This document shows, piece after piece, positions 17,694-28,260 of a DNA stretch of 64,000 nt. Origin of the DNA: an uncultured bacterium (lineage in GTDB: Bacteria > Babelota > Babeliae > Babelales > Vermiphilaceae); assembly GCA_963702025.1 (NCBI GenBank), contig OY969699.1, forward strand, positions 608,001 through 672,000. The letters are read 5' to 3'. The notes under the pieces were generated by a model, which did not search any database, was not told where the DNA came from, and was given only the letters and a program-made list of their open reading frames with translations. The position numbers were made by a program, and so were the translations under genes. Position 1 is the stretch's first letter. The number at the start of each line of letters is the position of its first letter.

Positions 17694-18931
17694 GAATCAC
17701 TCGATGTTTCCTTTTGTGATTCTTCATATAATCCGAGCGCTTTTTCAATCAGCTGATCTTTTTTATCTTTATATTCCGGTTTTGATAAAAAATAGGTGCC
17801 CAGCAATGTTGGCAGATCCATATCAACTTTGAGTGCCGAACGGCGGTCGCGCGATTCAGGTTTGCGAATCGGGATAATGGCAACCAGATACATTGCCTTG
17901 AGGCATGCGCGTTCGAGTGCTTTAATGTCAACGGTATCTTTTTTGCCTTGCGGCACGTGATAGACAATTTTTACCACCGCATCGGTAATATCATATTGTT
18001 CAAGTTCAGCAAGAATCTGTTGCGTTTGATCAAGGCCGGGCTGCAAATGCACCTCAATTTGAATAAATGGCCGCATTGGGACTTTAATAAACTGGTGCAT
18101 GGTGGTGCCTTTTTGTTCAATAGTTACTAAACAAAATCCTTTATCTTCTTTGCGTTCGCCAAAATCCACCCGCTCAATAGATCCCGAATAAATAATGGAT
18201 GGATAGCCATTGGGGTTTAAATCTTGATAGCGGTGCAAGTGGCCCAGGGCCACATAGTCAAATGGCTCAATTGCTAGTTGTGACGGTAAAAATGTAGGAT
18301 CATTGCCATAAATTGCCCGCTTTTCTGAACCGGAAAAAATACCGCTGCTCACGGTTAAATGCCCCGCGAGCACTGCGGGAATTTTTGGATCCAATTTTTT
18401 GGCAGCATCAGCAATAACGGCAGCAACAGCTTTTGAAATATGCGTGGTAATTTCTATGCCGGTTTTATACAGATGTTGATTAGAAATTGATATGGTGTTT
18501 CTGGTTGGCCAGGGAATACCAACAATATTAATCGGCCCATTTTTTGTAACGAGTGGCAGTATGGTTGGTTTTGCGATGACATAAAAACCGTCAAGCGGTA
18601 GATCTTGGAAGATATCAAGGCTGTTTGCTTTGCCAAAACTGAGCGGATTATCATGGTTGCCAACCACAATTACCACCGGAATTTTTGCCTGAAACAAGCG
18701 CATCAAGCAATTGAACAATAATTTCTGCTGCGTTGGACTTGGATGCGCCGTTTTATAGGCATCGCCTGAAAAAAGAAAAAAATCTACGTTGTGGCCGATT
18801 GCATGATCAATACAAAAATTGAATGCTTTTTGAAAATCGAGCAACCGGCTATGGATGCCGGTCTTTGGATCAATGCGGCCATAATTTTCCATGCCAAAGT
18901 GAATGTCGGCGGTATGTATAAATTTTATCAT
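17690..18931 (-). CDS. sbcD: SbcD/Mre11 exonuclease subunit
   Basis: HTADIHFG, GDAY, GNHD, DYVALGHLH, YSGS. Confidence 0.93.
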   Translation of the reverse strand: MIKFIHTADIHFGMENYGRIDPKTGIHSRLLDFQKAFNFCIDHAIGHNVDFFLFSGDAYKTAHPSPTQQKLLFNCLMRLFQAKIPVVIVVGNHDNPLSFGKANSLDIFQDLPLDGFYVIAKPTILPLVTKNGPINIVGIPWPTRNTISISNQHLYKTGIEITTHISKAVAAVIADAAKKLDPKIPAVLAGHLTVSSGIFSGSEKRAIYGNDPTFLPSQLAIEPFDYVALGHLHRYQDLNPNGYPSIIYSGSIERVDFGERKEDKGFCLVTIEQKGTTMHQFIKVPMRPFIQIEVHLQPGLDQTQQILAELEQYDITDAVVKIVYHVPQGKKDTVDIKALERACLKAMYLVAIIPIRKPESRDRRSALKVDMDLPTLLGTYFLSKPEYKDKKDQLIEKALGLYEESQKETSSDS

Positions 18932-20409
18932 TATGTTGGCTCTGATGTCTCGCTCGGTTTGGATTTTAATGCACCGATAAATGAATGCAAGGTGGAGTTG
19001 GCATGTCGTGCCGCTTCAGCTGTTTTAATATCACGCAATTGGTTGGCGTATCCTTCTTTATTCACTTGGCGTGCACGGGCGATTGCCAAAGCATTAGCGG
19101 GCACATTTTCACTAATTACTGATCCTGCTGCCGTATAGGCATTTTGTTCAATAGTAACGGGTGCTATGAGCGTGTTATTGCTCCCGATAAACGCATTATC
19201 ATGAATAACAGTTTGATGTTTTCCCGATCCGCTATAATTGCACGTGATTGTGCCGGCGCCGATGTTAACATTTGCGCCAATACGTGCATCACCCAGATAA
19301 GCCAAATGTTTTGCTTTGGTGCCGTCACCAATGGTGCTTTTTTTAACCTCAACAAAGTTGCCGAGTGTCACATTTTGGCCAATGTGTGAATTCTCTTTAA
19401 CATGAGCAAATGGGCCAACACTTGAATTAGAACCAATCGTTGAATCTTTAATAATCGAATGGGGCAAAATTTCACACTCATCCCCAAGCCGGCTGTTTTC
19501 GAGTGATGCAAATTCATGAATTTTGCTATTTTTGCCGATTACCGTACCGGTTAAAATATGCGCGCCACAGCCAATATAAGTGCCGCTGCCGATAATTACA
19601 TCCAAATCAAGATGCACATTTTGCGCAACAGAAAAATGTACGCCTCTTTCCATCCAATATTTAATCAGTTCTGCTCGTTTTATCTGTTCGGCGACCCATA
19701 ATTCTTGCAATGTATTAATGCCACGAACGCGATCAAAGGGTGCAGAAAACATGGCGATGGTTTTTGATTTATCGCTGGCAATTTTCACCAGATCGGTAAT
19801 AAAAAATTCTTTTGCAGCTGCGTGCATGGAAACGCTATCGATGCATTCTTGCAAAAACTGTTTGCGGATTAAATAGATGCCGGCATTGATGCAACAATGT
19901 TCATTTGCATCACCGTCAAAATCCCGTGCTTCAACAATTTTAATAGAGCTATCATTTTTAACCACACGGCCGTAGCTGCCGCAGGCCGGATCGGCGTTAT
20001 GGGCAGTAACAAAACTAATGTCAGCATTTTTTGCAGTATGTGTTTCAAACAAACCATGAATGATATCTGTGGTAACCAGTGGCACATCGCCATTGAGAAT
20101 CAAAATATGATCACGTTCCCAAATGAGTTTGGTGCACATTAAGGCATGACCCGTGCCACATTGTTCTTCTTGTACCACAAATTTGATGCTATTGGTGTTG
20201 TGATGACGTTGTGAAATAGTTTGTTGAATTGCATCTTTTTGATAACCGACAACCACGGTAATAGGAACGCTCAATTGTTCTAATACGCGGGTGGTGTATA
20301 AAATCATTTCTTGGCCACAAATTTTTTCTAATAGTTTAGTACGTCCGGTATTAAACCGGGTCGATTTTCCGGCTGCAAGCACAATAGCTTGTACTCTATT
20401 GGAAAACAT
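18931..20409 (-). CDS. glmU: Bifunctional UDP-GlcNAc pyrophosphorylase/GlcN-1-P acetyltransferase
   Basis: LAAGKSTR, GTGHA, GNFVEVK, HLAYLGDA, NIGAGTITCNY hexapeptide domain. Confidence 0.97.
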   Translation of the reverse strand: MFSNRVQAIVLAAGKSTRFNTGRTKLLEKICGQEMILYTTRVLEQLSVPITVVVGYQKDAIQQTISQRHHNTNSIKFVVQEEQCGTGHALMCTKLIWERDHILILNGDVPLVTTDIIHGLFETHTAKNADISFVTAHNADPACGSYGRVVKNDSSIKIVEARDFDGDANEHCCINAGIYLIRKQFLQECIDSVSMHAAAKEFFITDLVKIASDKSKTIAMFSAPFDRVRGINTLQELWVAEQIKRAELIKYWMERGVHFSVAQNVHLDLDVIIGSGTYIGCGAHILTGTVIGKNSKIHEFASLENSRLGDECEILPHSIIKDSTIGSNSSVGPFAHVKENSHIGQNVTLGNFVEVKKSTIGDGTKAKHLAYLGDARIGANVNIGAGTITCNYSGSGKHQTVIHDNAFIGSNNTLIAPVTIEQNAYTAAGSVISENVPANALAIARARQVNKEGYANQLRDIKTAEAARHANSTLHSFIGALKSKPSETSEPT

Positions 20410-20505
20410 AAATCTCTCTCCTTGGTTATTAAAAGGAATTTCTCAGAAGATGGTGAAGGGGGGCAGAAAAATTCTATCACATATCGAGGCGAAGTCTATC
20501 TTGCT

Positions 20506-20614
20506 CATGGTTCGATACCCAGCCGTCGCTCTTCGAGCTATGGCGGGCAAGCAATTGCGGAGCTCGTCCTGAGCGAGCGCAGTGAGTCGAGGGGCAATCA
20601 CTCACCACGAATGG
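20506..20614. repeat. Composite nested palindromic element (A host containing B and a second A half)
   Basis: tggttcgatac[ccagccgtcgctcttcgagctatggcgggcaag]caattgc[ggagctcgtcctgagcg...gtcgaggg]gcaatcactcaccacgaatgg; compare the simple copy at 58739. Confidence 0.75.
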
Positions 20615-20734
20615 ACCCCTGCCGGATGTTGATTTGGTTGCGATGAAAATGAATATAGATTTTGCAAAAAAATGAATGACTTATACACTATATAGAACAC
20701 AAACAGTGTAAATAATACGTATATGAATGTTTTT

Positions 20735-20826
20735 GGAGAGATGGCTGAGTGGTCGAAAGCGGCCGCCTCGAAAGCGGCTATTCCATGAAAATGGGATCGT
20801 GGGTTCGAATCCCACTCTCTCCTCCA
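20735..20826 (+). tRNA. tRNA-Ser(CGA)
   Basis: GGAGAGA/TCTCTCC acceptor stem, gccgc-CT-CGA-AA-gcggc anticodon arm, long variable arm, GGTTCGAATCC, encoded CCA. Confidence 0.96.
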
Positions 20827-20853
20827 ACCTTCGCTCTTACGAGCTACGGTTGG
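20824..20853. repeat. Family B palindromic element abutting the tRNA CCA
   Basis: ccaaccttcgctcttacgagctacggttgg; similar to the insert at 20519-20551. Confidence 0.65.
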
Positions 20854-20963
20854 CACGGCCAGTACATTTAGGATTGATATTAAATAAAATTTTGGTAGAA
20901 AAAGCGTAGGCTGGGGGTATCCTACAACTGGCACGCTAACAAAAACTTAGAATTAAGCATAGG

Positions 20964-22259
20964 ATGCGCGCATCAACAATGTTAAGAAATCTAAAAATAT
21001 CTCACAGTATCATTCTCTTACTCATGGTTGGTGTTGCAGCATCAGGAATGGTATACGATAATCGCTACCTTCCCCTCATGCAATATCCTTATATTTCCGT
21101 TCCCGGTCGAGAATCTCATCTGACCGGTGACTTTTTTGTAACAACAGCCAGTAGAGCCATAGATGATCGTGAGCGAGAAATTGGCATTATCGAACTTGCC
21201 GGGCCACTTGACCAAGCGCAGCTGGCATACTCTTTTGTATTGGATGGAAAGCCAGACCCTCTTGATCCGGGCCTCTTGGCCGGAGAATTACCCTGGACCA
21301 TCAGAGGAAAATTGCAAACACAGGGTTTTGCGTTTTCCTATCGCCAATATCTGGGATGCGGTTTTTCTGCTGGTGTTTTAACATTGGCTATGCGATCCAA
21401 TTCGTACCTCGATTTTTTCTTTAATCCTCCCAAAACGTCATCAGAAACACCACCATTTTCTCCCGGTGAAGTTGAGGAGCTAGGGCGCGTGTTGCGCGGC
21501 ATGTTTGCCGATTTGGGACTTTCATGCAATCATGTGCAGCAGGGTGGTATGGGTGATATTGAGGCATACCTACGATGGGCAAATCGCTGTGAATATTCTT
21601 ATAAATTGCGATCGCTTGAATATGCCGGGCGTTTGGGAGTGCTTATTCCTACTGGAGTTACTCGTAATATTTTTCACCCTGCTTCTATTCCATTTGGTGG
21701 CAATGGGCACTGGGGAGTGTATGCAAGCGGCGATGCGGAACTTGAGGTAAAGGAAGATTGGAAAATTGGCGTGTTGTTGCGTTTGAGTAAACGATTTGCA
21801 CGCACAAGAATTGAACGAATGCCGGTCGCGCGTCCTTTGCTGCCGGGCCAAGCGTATCCTTCTCCCAGCGAGCCACAGGTATTTGGTGTTTTGGTGGGTC
21901 CAGCCCGAGTAAATCCCGGCTTATCTGAAATTTTTTCGATGTATGCTCAATGGGAAGGTATCCGTGAAGGGCTGGGTGTTCGTTTGCAATATACGCTCGT
22001 GAATCACAATCAAGATCATTGGACTGATCTTCGCGTGGATCAAACAGTAAAAGCTAATCTTGAGCAAGTTGAAAAACTTTCATCATGGGCATCAGAATAT
22101 GTAACACTGAGTGCTTTTTATGATTTTGACAAAGTTGCACCTATTCGTGGCTATAATCCTATTGTTCGTGTAGCTTGGGATATACCATATACTTTATTAG
22201 TGGCACATAAATCGGTGCATTCATATAAAGTAGTTTTAGGTTTGGAATTTAATTTTTAA
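20964..22259 (+). CDS. Probable outer-membrane beta-barrel protein
   Basis: Signal ...AASG|MV, amphipathic strands, C-terminal VVLGLEFNF beta-signal. Confidence 0.7.
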   Translation: MRASTMLRNLKISHSIILLLMVGVAASGMVYDNRYLPLMQYPYISVPGRESHLTGDFFVTTASRAIDDREREIGIIELAGPLDQAQLAYSFVLDGKPDPLDPGLLAGELPWTIRGKLQTQGFAFSYRQYLGCGFSAGVLTLAMRSNSYLDFFFNPPKTSSETPPFSPGEVEELGRVLRGMFADLGLSCNHVQQGGMGDIEAYLRWANRCEYSYKLRSLEYAGRLGVLIPTGVTRNIFHPASIPFGGNGHWGVYASGDAELEVKEDWKIGVLLRLSKRFARTRIERMPVARPLLPGQAYPSPSEPQVFGVLVGPARVNPGLSEIFSMYAQWEGIREGLGVRLQYTLVNHNQDHWTDLRVDQTVKANLEQVEKLSSWASEYVTLSAFYDFDKVAPIRGYNPIVRVAWDIPYTLLVAHKSVHSYKVVLGLEFNF

Positions 22260-23327
<1,068 letters not shown>

Positions 23328-23329
23328 CT

Positions 23330-24109
23330 ATGGCGCAGTCTCACGGTATTCCCATCAAAAAAAGATATGGGCAACATTTTTTACGCGACCAACAAGTTGT
23401 TGAGCATATGCTTGATAATGTGAGTTTATCTGCAAATAGCAGTGTTTTTGAGATCGGTTGCGGTGATGGATTTTTAACGCAAGAAATTGTAAAGCATCCG
23501 CTTGCCCGTTTTTGGGTTTTTGAAATCGATCCACAATGGGCAGGTTTTGTTAAAAACAGCATCCCGGACAAACGGATGACGATCTTTGAAGATAATATTC
23601 TTGATGTTGATTTTTCCCGATTTGAGCCGTATAAGCCGTGGACACTCTTATCTAATTTACCCTATCAAATTACGTTCCCCATTTTGCATTTGTTGCAAAA
23701 AAATAGACACCTCTTAAAAGAGGGTGTGGTGATGATGCAAGAAGAGGTTGCGCAAAAAATAATGAAAACATCCGGTAGGGGTTATGGCTATCCTTCATTA
23801 TTTTTTAACTATTATTTTGAGTGGAAATTGTTGCAAAAAGTACCGCCAGGCGCATTCTTGCCACCACCTAAAGTCTATTCACGATTACTCTATTTCAAAC
23901 CAAAAAAAGATGTTTCTACGATTCCTGATGAGCCAAAGTTTTGGGAATTTATCAAGCATTGTTTTGCCCAACCACGGCGCACGTTGCGAAACAACTTGAT
24001 GTCCACTCATTATGATTTAACCAAAATTTCGGCAGAAACTTTGGCACTGCGTGCGCAACAGATAAGTATGCAAGATTTTCTTGAACTTTGGAAATTAGTG
24101 AAAAGGTAA
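23330..24109 (+). CDS. rsmA: 16S rRNA m6,2A dimethyltransferase
   Basis: KKRYGQHFL, EIGCGDG, SNLPYQI, FLPPPKVYS, RRTLRNN. Confidence 0.95.
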   Translation: MAQSHGIPIKKRYGQHFLRDQQVVEHMLDNVSLSANSSVFEIGCGDGFLTQEIVKHPLARFWVFEIDPQWAGFVKNSIPDKRMTIFEDNILDVDFSRFEPYKPWTLLSNLPYQITFPILHLLQKNRHLLKEGVVMMQEEVAQKIMKTSGRGYGYPSLFFNYYFEWKLLQKVPPGAFLPPPKVYSRLLYFKPKKDVSTIPDEPKFWEFIKHCFAQPRRTLRNNLMSTHYDLTKISAETLALRAQQISMQDFLELWKLVKR

Positions 24110-24116
24110 AATACTC

Positions 24117-24500
24117 ATGAAGTTTTTTGTATCTTTCCTTATAGTTTCACTTTGTTTATCCAACGCTGCATCCGGCATGCATGTATTTGCTGAACTTTTG
24201 AACAAGAAAGTGAAGCAAAGTAAAAATGGCAATCACAAATCAACTCGAATCATTAATAAAACGTTGAGAGAATTGAATGTTCCTTTAAATCCGGATCATG
24301 TTATTGGATTTAGCGTGGGATCATCACCAAACCATTTTAATGTTTATTTTCTTATCCAACATTGGCAAGGTGTTATTCCGGTGGTTTTAAAAAAGAAAGG
24401 CTGGAGGCCAAAGTGCCAAGAAAATAGGAATCAAGAAAGTAACGATAAGCAAGAGTCACTTGAAGAAAAAAATCCCCGTTTAAAACGGGGATTTTCGTGA
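24117..24500 (+). CDS. Secreted hypothetical protein
   Basis: Signal ...AASG|MH; terminator-like hairpin inside the 3' end. Confidence 0.6.
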   Translation: MKFFVSFLIVSLCLSNAASGMHVFAELLNKKVKQSKNGNHKSTRIINKTLRELNVPLNPDHVIGFSVGSSPNHFNVYFLIQHWQGVIPVVLKKKGWRPKCQENRNQESNDKQESLEEKNPRLKRGFS

Positions 24501-24521
24501 AAAATAGTATCGATTAAATAT

Positions 24522-24654
24522 TAGACTTCTTCTGAAACTCGCTCGAATGGTTCGACAAGCTCACCACGAGCGGACAAAATAACTTCTCTACCGCTCGCCC
24601 TGAGCTTGTCGAAGGGTGCGAGTGGTAAAAAAATCTAGTTTCAGAAGAGATCTA
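24522..24654. mobile_element. MITE-like element: 18-bp terminal inverted repeats enclosing a family A doublet
   Basis: tagacttcttctgaaact ... agtttcagaagagatcta (16/18 match); core ggttcgacaagctcaccacgagcgg...ccgctcgccctgagcttgtcgaaggg. Confidence 0.75.
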
Positions 24655-25329
24655 TTACTTATTTTCTAAATTAGCTTCGGGAATACCCAGATGATATGCA
24701 ACTATTTTTAAGTCATCCATATCAAGCGATTTATTGAGTGGTGCTGCTTCAGTAAGTTTCGCGGAAAGATTTTTTTGTATTTGGGTAATCCGTGTCTGTA
24801 AATGGGCCTGTTTTGTTAAGTGGAGTGCCATCTCTTGATTAATAATCTCTTTATTTCTGCTGTAGCATGCTTGAAGGCATAATAATAGTTCATCCGTTTC
24901 TGCGTATGAACGCTCTTCTAAAGGTATTTTTTCATTAGCAATAAGTGTTTCATAATCGTTAATTTCTTGCTCAGCATCAGCAACTCTCTCTTTATTTTTA
25001 TCTAATACTGATTTGAGTATTTTTTCTTCTTGGGTGGATGTGACCCAGGGTGCTTTTGAAAAATCGGTGTTTATAAAAAATACTCTAATAGCTTCTTCGA
25101 ACACCATATTATTCTTGTGTGCTTCTTGGACCAATTGTTTTAATTTTTCTGTGCGCTCTGGAGTGAGTTCGCGGTTTGGACCATTAAAAAGAGTAGGTTC
25201 AATAGGGCATATCACTGGACTTGTTTGGCACTTTCCATCCTTAACGGAAATAAGATGTGGTAATTCCATAGCAGGGAGTGCACTTATGGATAATGCACAT
25301 AAAGTTGAACAGGCTATTATTTTGTTCAT
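24655..25329 (-). CDS. Secreted coiled-coil hypothetical protein, paralog 2
   Basis: Start MNKII after AAGGA; signal ...ALPA|ME; PVICPI, EKLKQL, EMALHL shared with 25373 gene. Confidence 0.75.
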   Translation of the reverse strand: MNKIIACSTLCALSISALPAMELPHLISVKDGKCQTSPVICPIEPTLFNGPNRELTPERTEKLKQLVQEAHKNNMVFEEAIRVFFINTDFSKAPWVTSTQEEKILKSVLDKNKERVADAEQEINDYETLIANEKIPLEERSYAETDELLLCLQACYSRNKEIINQEMALHLTKQAHLQTRITQIQKNLSAKLTEAAPLNKSLDMDDLKIVAYHLGIPEANLENK

Positions 25330-25372
25330 GCATGGATCCTTTTTTTTAAAATGAAAAAATTGTTTTTTAGTT

Positions 25373-26020
25373 CTATGGCTTACTATTACTCGCTTCATCA
25401 GAGTTTTTCTGAATGTGACGCTCCTTAAATTTTTTTTCAAGTTCATTGTGTGTGGTATGTAATTCTGATTGTGTTTCTAAATAGAGCGCCATTTGCAATG
25501 TGATAACCTCTTGGCTTGTATTGCGTAGCACATTGAGGAGATTAATTATGGTTAATTCTTCTTCATCGCGTGTTTCTTGTAATTCAGTATTGGCTATGCG
25601 ATTGTTACGCTGTGCAATATCATTCTCAATTGTAGCGACATTATTTTGTGCTTCCTTTAAAAATTTTTTAGCTACTTGCGCACACGACAATCCTGCATAT
25701 AAAGGAATGCCTCTCTTTGGAAGATCATCCATAAAAATACATTCTTGAATTGCAGCATTAAATAAATTGTCACAACGGTATGCGTGATGAGCAAGTTGCT
25801 TTAATTTTTCAATTTGTTCTTTAGTGAGCGTGCGATCAGAAAGATCAATAGGGCATGTTACCGGTTTTAACGCTGTCTCAGGCGGTTCGCGGAATATAAT
25901 TTTGGCAGGCATTGGCGGTTCGAGCAGTTTAAGGGCGTCAGGAGCTTGAGCTTTGTTCATGGTCAGGAGACTATTCATTTGAACTGTGCACAAGATTGAA
26001 TAAAAAACTATTTTGCTCAC
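25373..26020 (-). CDS. Secreted coiled-coil hypothetical protein, paralog 1
   Basis: GTG start after AAGGA; PVTCPI, EKLKQL, QMALYL. Confidence 0.75.
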   Translation of the reverse strand: MSKIVFYSILCTVQMNSLLTMNKAQAPDALKLLEPPMPAKIIFREPPETALKPVTCPIDLSDRTLTKEQIEKLKQLAHHAYRCDNLFNAAIQECIFMDDLPKRGIPLYAGLSCAQVAKKFLKEAQNNVATIENDIAQRNNRIANTELQETRDEEELTIINLLNVLRNTSQEVITLQMALYLETQSELHTTHNELEKKFKERHIQKNSDEASNSKP

Positions 26021-26085
26021 CGGTATTCCTTTTATTACGAGAGAGATTGCCGTTAGATTATTCCACTTATTTTATAAAAACAAGA

Positions 26086-26637
26086 TTATTTGTTGGTTCG
26101 TTTTTGCCGCTTATTTGGGGCATTATTTTCTGCCGGCGTTAAATCGAGGGTTTTCACACTAATGGGAACAGTATCAATTTGTTTTTGAAGTGTAGCAATT
26201 TGCACTAAACCTAGATTTGCTCGAGCAGACAATAACTGTTTAGTGACTTCTAGTTTTCTTACCAGCGGCGCTATTTCTTTATGAGCAATCTGTTCAACTG
26301 TTTGGCTTTTTTTGGGGCGCAAGTAGAGATCGGTGTCGCAGTCTTCTAATTCATATTCTAGTTTTGTAATTCTTTCAATCAAGAATTTCTCACAATTTTG
26401 TAGAGTATTATTTAAAAGATAAGGTTGTAACAGGTGTGGAAGGCTATTTAGTATGTCACTTGATTCTTGGTTACGTGCTTTATCGATACTATTATTTATG
26501 CCGTCTATCACAAATTGGCAGAATCTAACTTTTTTTGATTCACGTTCAATGAAGGAAGCTCGTTTCATGCCGTGTGCGGTGACTACTAGAGAACAAAAAA
26601 GAATTATTGTTGCATATCGTAGGGAGATCATTATCAT
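26086..26637 (-). CDS. Secreted hypothetical protein with basic C-terminus
   Basis: Signal ...TAHG|MKR; ends PNKRQKRTNK. Confidence 0.65.
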   Translation of the reverse strand: MIMISLRYATIILFCSLVVTAHGMKRASFIERESKKVRFCQFVIDGINNSIDKARNQESSDILNSLPHLLQPYLLNNTLQNCEKFLIERITKLEYELEDCDTDLYLRPKKSQTVEQIAHKEIAPLVRKLEVTKQLLSARANLGLVQIATLQKQIDTVPISVKTLDLTPAENNAPNKRQKRTNK

Positions 26638-26687
26638 ATCCGTGATGTTAGTGATATAAATATTATTGAACGTATATTAGTATATAA

Positions 26688-28007
26688 CTACTTTTTTGCG
26701 CAAACAATGGATTCATCAAGCTTTTTGCTGCATTTCTTTTCTTTGATGATAGCCACTGCCTGATCATAGGCTCGCGTAATATGTTTATGATATTCTTCTT
26801 GATTATAAGTTGCCTGGATGGGTTGATAATCAAGCGCCTGTTTTTGCAAAGATGCAAGATTGTTTAACCCGATGAAGGGGAATTGATAGGCTTCCGGACA
26901 TAAAAAATTATTTTTTATGATCATTGAATTGCGCTGGGCGTCAATAGTAACAACAAAGGGTGTTTTTGGATCACTGTGTGCCAACGAGTTAACCGAACTT
27001 AAAATATAAGGTAGAAAGCCGACAATTGGCAGCGGATATAAAGGGAAGGTTGCGCGATAATGGCGCGGCGTCCAACCAAAAAACCAGAGTTCCATGTGTC
27101 CGGGTGACACATTTCTGATTAACCGGGAACATCGCTTTCCGTCATAAAGCAAAGGTTCTTGATTATTGGCCACGCACACTGTTGTGCATTTCTCGCCTCG
27201 TTTTCGTATTACCCGTATTTCCACTTGTGTTAATTTATCGGGCAATTTCTCAAATCCACAGTGAGGTTTGAAGATTTGTTCCGAGAAAAATTCGCCACAG
27301 GAGAAAAAGTCCAATTTTTGTACGCGGTCGCCGCGAGAAAAAATATTATATACTTTTTCAAAGAGAGGATCATCGATAAGGTAATCGGTATCAAATTGGA
27401 TTGGCGTACCGATTAGAATTGCTTCATTAATCGTAAATTGTGGATTGAGCTGTTCATTTCGTTTTGCCATTGCCATTTTAAGAACAATTGTGCCGCCATG
27501 ACTATACCCTATAAGGCGCACTTTGGGATTTATCCCAAGGCTTCTGAGGCGTAACACTTCTTTTTCGATATCAAGCAAGCATTGTTTGGCGTCACAATAT
27601 CGCTCAGATCTACTAAGTAATCCCGACCAGCCATAGGTATAATACAAATTTTGTGTTGCCTGAGTGTCTTTTAGTTGATTTATTTGTTCATAAACGTTTG
27701 CCATGAGGCTGGCAGAAGCACCAGGTTTTTGTAAAGGATTGAGTTGAATAGGAATGAGACCGCGGCCTTGCATAGTTTGATTTTGATAAAAGAAAGGATC
27801 ATCGCGCATGCCTAAGACTGTTTCAGCATAGATTGATTCTTTTACGTTGTCAGTTAAAAATCTTATAAAATTGGTAACGGTAATATGAGGTTTTATACTG
27901 ATAATGCCATGAATATAGACATTCATCCATACTTGTGTGGCTTGCGTAGAAAAAGGCAGAGCTGCAAAGATGAAAAATATGGATAATCGAATTCGTGATG
28001 TTTTCAC
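26688..28007 (-). CDS. Secreted alpha/beta-hydrolase-fold protein
   Basis: Signal peptide, YIHG, WSGLLS, GYSHGG nucleophile elbow, GTP, GH. Confidence 0.7.
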   Translation of the reverse strand: MKTSRIRLSIFFIFAALPFSTQATQVWMNVYIHGIISIKPHITVTNFIRFLTDNVKESIYAETVLGMRDDPFFYQNQTMQGRGLIPIQLNPLQKPGASASLMANVYEQINQLKDTQATQNLYYTYGWSGLLSRSERYCDAKQCLLDIEKEVLRLRSLGINPKVRLIGYSHGGTIVLKMAMAKRNEQLNPQFTINEAILIGTPIQFDTDYLIDDPLFEKVYNIFSRGDRVQKLDFFSCGEFFSEQIFKPHCGFEKLPDKLTQVEIRVIRKRGEKCTTVCVANNQEPLLYDGKRCSRLIRNVSPGHMELWFFGWTPRHYRATFPLYPLPIVGFLPYILSSVNSLAHSDPKTPFVVTIDAQRNSMIIKNNFLCPEAYQFPFIGLNNLASLQKQALDYQPIQATYNQEEYHKHITRAYDQAVAIIKEKKCSKKLDESIVCAKK

Positions 28008-28260
28008 GATACAGCCCTTTATCTTAGCCCTTTAACGTACTTTTCTAGTATACCATGCTCTTTATAAATGAGATGGTACATTTATTTTCCTTCTTAAATT
28101 CTAGCATATTTGTATATAAATTTCAAACTGAAAAATATTATTATATTAAAAACCTTGTATTTTAAATAAGAATTGCATGTATAGTATTGTTTTTGTGTAT
28201 TCCGAAATTATTTACATTCGGCCCCCTTGCAAGGCTATTCTGATAAAAAAGGAGATTTAT

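Noticed and set aside
17690..18931. Orphan sbcD as a novel defence nuclease
   Set aside because: Ordinary SbcD motifs; sbcC may lie outside the window
20291..20934. ORFs 20291-20572, 20389-20646, 20602-20934 and 20727-20909
   Set aside because: They are translations of the palindromic repeats and of tRNA-Ser
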